Assembly (NCBI GenBank): GCA_023231475.1
Contig: JALJEE010002831.1
Coordinates: forward strand, 1 to 42,157
DNA length: 42,157 bases
Direction: 5' to 3'
Origin: Seison nebaliae
Taxonomy: Eukaryota
The translations under genes were made by a program, and so were the position numbers. Within the stretch, counting starts at the first letter, position 1. Every line of letters begins with the position of its first letter. Under the pieces are notes generated by a model that worked only from the letters and a program-made list of their open reading frames with translations, had not been told where the DNA came from and did no database searches. This document shows positions 38,590-42,157 of the stretch, in pieces.

Positions 38590-39631
38590 CAACAATAATA
38601 ATAATAATAATATTTGTAATAATGGAGTAATATTAAGTTCCTCTCTACAAAATTTTCGGAATGATAATCTTAAAGTTGAAATAAATGGGAAGGAGATATC
38701 TCATCAATCGGATTTTAACGTTTCTACTTCATCATCATCATCATCGTCATCGTCGATGGTTAGTATAAAAAATCGAGATGATCATATGCAAAAAAATTAC
38801 CGATTAACCAGATCGAATTATTGTGCAAGACCTACACAGTTGGCAATAAATAATCGAAATACGCAACAAGTTTATTTTCATCATGAAAACCGATATAGTT
38901 ATGGTCTAATTGATTCGAATTTTAAGGAGAATATTCCCGAGTCGATGTTGCTGGGAAATAATGTCAACCCATCCGCTCAATATTACGAGTCGAATAATTC
39001 GATGAATCCTCCCCAATATCCTCCAAATACCAATCAACCATTGATCAATCATAATCGACATAATGTCAATCACAGTCAAATCGATAATCATCATCAGGAT
39101 CGTTACATGTCCTCTCAGAATAACACTCATAATATTAATAATTATATGAAAACACTCGCTCCAACCACCACTACAATTAACCGTCAACATCATCACATTT
39201 CTCAACAACCACCACCTCCTTCCCACCACCAACAACATTCCGGCGAGAATTATCGAAATTACGTGAACGACGACGTCATCGAACCTAATACAGATTCACA
39301 AACATTCATCTCTACTCGTTCTAGTACATTAAAGAACGGACTTCACCTTCGTCCCACTAATAATTCCACATATACCGAAATACAACATGCAACTCGCAAA
39401 AAAAATTTGGATGAGGCAAAACAGTTGAAGAAGAGAAAGGCAAATCGTGAAGCTGCACAACGCTGTCGTGAAAAGAAGTTGAATGAGAAGAGAGAACTGG
39501 AACTGAAGTTAGAAAAAGAAAAATTAAACACGAAATATTATCAAGACAAATATCAAGAGGTAGAGAAGAGAAATAATGAATTAAATCTCAGAATCAAAAG
39601 TCACAACGACATATGTCCTATGAAGATCTAA
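37445..39631 (+). CDS. bZIP transcription factor (AP-1/ATF-like) with long Asn/Ser/His-rich N-terminus
   Basis: C-terminal basic region KKRKANREAAQRCREKK, a heptad zipper and terminal H-x-x-x-C as in ATF2/ATF3/Fos types. First ATG is 37445, with an in-frame TAA at 37409. Confidence 0.88.
38522..38611. repeat. (AAC/AAT)n microsatellite encoding 30 Asn
   Basis: 90 nt of mixed AAC/AAT codons. Confidence 0.97.
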
Positions 39632-40914
39632 AGTTTAGATACTAAACATATCAATTCATCACAAACATAAAAGTAAAAATTTAACTCTCTCTCTGTCTCT
39701 CATTCAACCCAAACAATACCTACGAACAATTTTTTTTTAGAGTTCTCTTCCGAAGAATTCTTCATAAAAAACTATCGCGTTATTCCACAATTATTGTCTC
39801 TTTATTCTTTTTTTATTAATTACTCATTCATCAGTTTCTCCATCAAATACGATTTGTCAATGAAAAATTTTATTTAAAAGAAATAATATCTCTTATTCAT
39901 TTCCTAAATTTTCACCGTCATCGTTCATTCATTATCTAACGAACATATAACTCTAGGCCCATACACACAGTTTACTCAACTTCGCTACATCCACATGGAA
40001 TGCTACTTATTCTATGGTGAGTGCTTTTTCTCATGATTCCTAAACGTTCCTTATATCAAATATGATTTTATGATTCATTCATGAATAATCCATCTGATCT
40101 ATCAACACAACTTTCCATACCGCAATGAATAGCCAATGAATAGTTTACTTTTTATTCGGATTTGATCCAAAAAAATTATATAACTACTTTTTTTTAATCT
40201 CAAAATTCCATAAGAATTCCATTTCTATTTCTCTGTCATTGTACATTTTTTTCAAATAACTAAATTTTACAAGAAATTCTTATCGATCTTTTTCTGATAT
40301 TATACAAAAAAAAAACGATTCATTTATCAACGCCCCGCGATTTCAGTTCATTTTAATGATTCTTTCAAATTTTTATTCATTCTTTTCTTAAAAACATCTC
40401 CATTTGGAAATTATGAAAAAAAACATTATAATTTTTTTCTCATCCATGATAAAATAGTTGAACGGTTGGTTTTGGTGATTTCCCACAAACAATTCTTATT
40501 CTTTACACAACATTTGACTATTTTAATAAAACTTCTTTTCTTCGTAATATTGATGAGCATGCGATGGTTGCCGGACAGTTCTGTAACAGAACTTCTGTTC
40601 TGATTCGGTGACAATTGCTCCTCTTTTTTTCCACCACTTTAGTTTTTTGCATTTTAAAGTAGTTACGCAGGGAGTACCATCATAAAAAAGAATATATTTT
40701 GAAAGTATTTTTTCTCCCCTATCCAATGGTGCCTATTATGATATGTTTGATTAAATATTAGTGAAGATATTTAGAATCACGATTGTAGGGGATTTGCCAG
40801 TTGGTGATTTTGCCAGTCAATTTTTTTCAACTTTTTTAAAACCTGCTCTTTATCGTCAAAAATGTTTAAAATATGATGTTGAATTTGGCATCTTTAGAAA
40901 GAGCTTGAAATGCT

Positions 40915-41810
40915 CTACAAGATAGTACTATCGAGAGATAGGAAGGACTTTTTAGTGTTGGACAAAGAAACGACTAGTCCATAAAAATCGCAACAGTAAG
41001 TGAAGAATAAGTTGATCTTCAATTCAATCGAAAAATATTTGCAACGATGATGAAACGAATAAAAAGATCTAAGAAACTTACATCTAATTTCATCGGTCGT
41101 CGCTGAACTTTTCTTATTATCAATTGTCATACGCAGAAAAATTACGTTCTTCTCAACTAATTTTTCCATATCCCCATGCATGGAAGGAAGAGAAATGTCT
41201 GTTAAGATTTTCGATTTCTCTTGATTACAAACGATACATCTCTCAGATAACCTGGAACTAATAAATTCAATTCGTTCCTTACATTGTTTCACATCATTAC
41301 AACAAATGAGAATGTCATCAGCATAAGCGGAAACTGATGGGAAACTCTCATTACCAATTTTAAAAGAGAAGTTATTGTTAGCATCGACAATAACTTGACC
41401 AATAATTCTTCCAAAAATCCAAGGAGCGAGAATTGAACCTTGTCGGACTCCTTTGTTAATCTTAAATAACGATTTATGTTTGATGACACCATAAGCATTT
41501 GTGAACATTTCGCTTATGAAACGAAGAGAATACTCATCTATTCCGGAATTACGTAAGACTCTTATACCGTGAGACATCGAAATCGAATCAAACGTTTTGG
41601 ACGCGTCCAAAAAATAAAAAAGAAATTTCCTTTTAGATATACGACATGAAGAAATAAAGAATTTTAGAAGAATCAGTAAAGGTAACGTTCCTGTGCAACT
41701 TTCACGATAAGCGAATTGAAATACCGAGGAATACAATTCTGATGTGTAACGATTTTTTATAACTTGTTCAATAATGTTAATCAGACAATTTGCAATGCAA
41801 ATTGGATTTC
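40915..41810 (-). mobile_element. Non-LTR retrotransposon reverse transcriptase, degenerate
   Basis: PICIANCLINIIEQVI, QFAYR, FLDASKTFDSI, GVRQGSILAP, AYADDI motifs. In-frame stop upstream and premature end; degenerate sequence probably continues to the window edge. Confidence 0.92.
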
Positions 41811-42157
41811 ATTGATATAATCAACCAATAGGCCCAATGAACGTTCATTCAGATTTGAGATTATACATAAACAGACATCATCTTCCCCATGCGATTTAAA
41901 AACATTCATAGATGACATTGCGATACATACTTTCGAAAGAGTAACCGAAAGAAATGGATGAAGCGAATTTGAAACGTCAATAGGTTAAATCGGGATCGAA
42001 CATAGATGATTCAAAAAAACATTTGAATTTATCAATTTCAATATCCGATGATGTGGTGGTACTTTTCTTCATTAAAGACCAGAATTTCGAAGAGTTGTAT
42101 CTTGAAATAATATCATGATATTTCTGTTGTTCAGCTCTTCTAACTAGATCTCTTACA

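Noticed and set aside
40426..40820. Short minus-strand ORFs and a GATTTGCCAGT direct repeat next to the RT fragment
   Set aside because: May be another element remnant, but there is no diagnostic motif.
1..42157. Alternative genetic code or stop-codon readthrough to explain fragmented ORFs
   Set aside because: All interruptions in conserved genes are explained by short GT-AG introns, and the standard code gives correct motifs.
1..42157. CRISPR arrays, rRNA, tRNA or snRNA genes
   Set aside because: No repeat-spacer structure or recognisable RNA gene seen by eye; in particular no U1-like 5' end to explain the GTT donors.

Overview
AT-rich, compact eukaryotic (animal-type) genomic DNA with many very short (mostly 40-70 nt) introns. 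I reconstructed by hand: an intronless alpha-tubulin, a SEC14L/CRAL-TRIO+GOLD lipid-transfer gene, a very large myosin light chain kinase-like gene, a V-ATPase V0 a-subunit gene, an H-type ferritin, a single-Ig receptor tyrosine kinase, an AP-1/ATF-type bZIP factor, three hypothetical spliced genes (one invisible in the ORF track), and several decayed non-LTR retrotransposon fragments. The most striking signal is the splicing code: all 32 donors I placed in the four conserved multi-exon genes begin GTT rather than the usual animal GT(A/G)AG, with little constraint at +4 to +6 and frequent AAG acceptors. Other highlights are a pair of frame-enforced mutually exclusive exons in the V-ATPase a gene, an X-box-preceded hidden 5-exon gene, a 184-bp TTA-duplicating insertion inside a retrotransposon copy, and a hairpin-rich dispersed repeat within a kinase intron. 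Exon models are manual, with no RNA or database support; the organism cannot be identified from the window alone.
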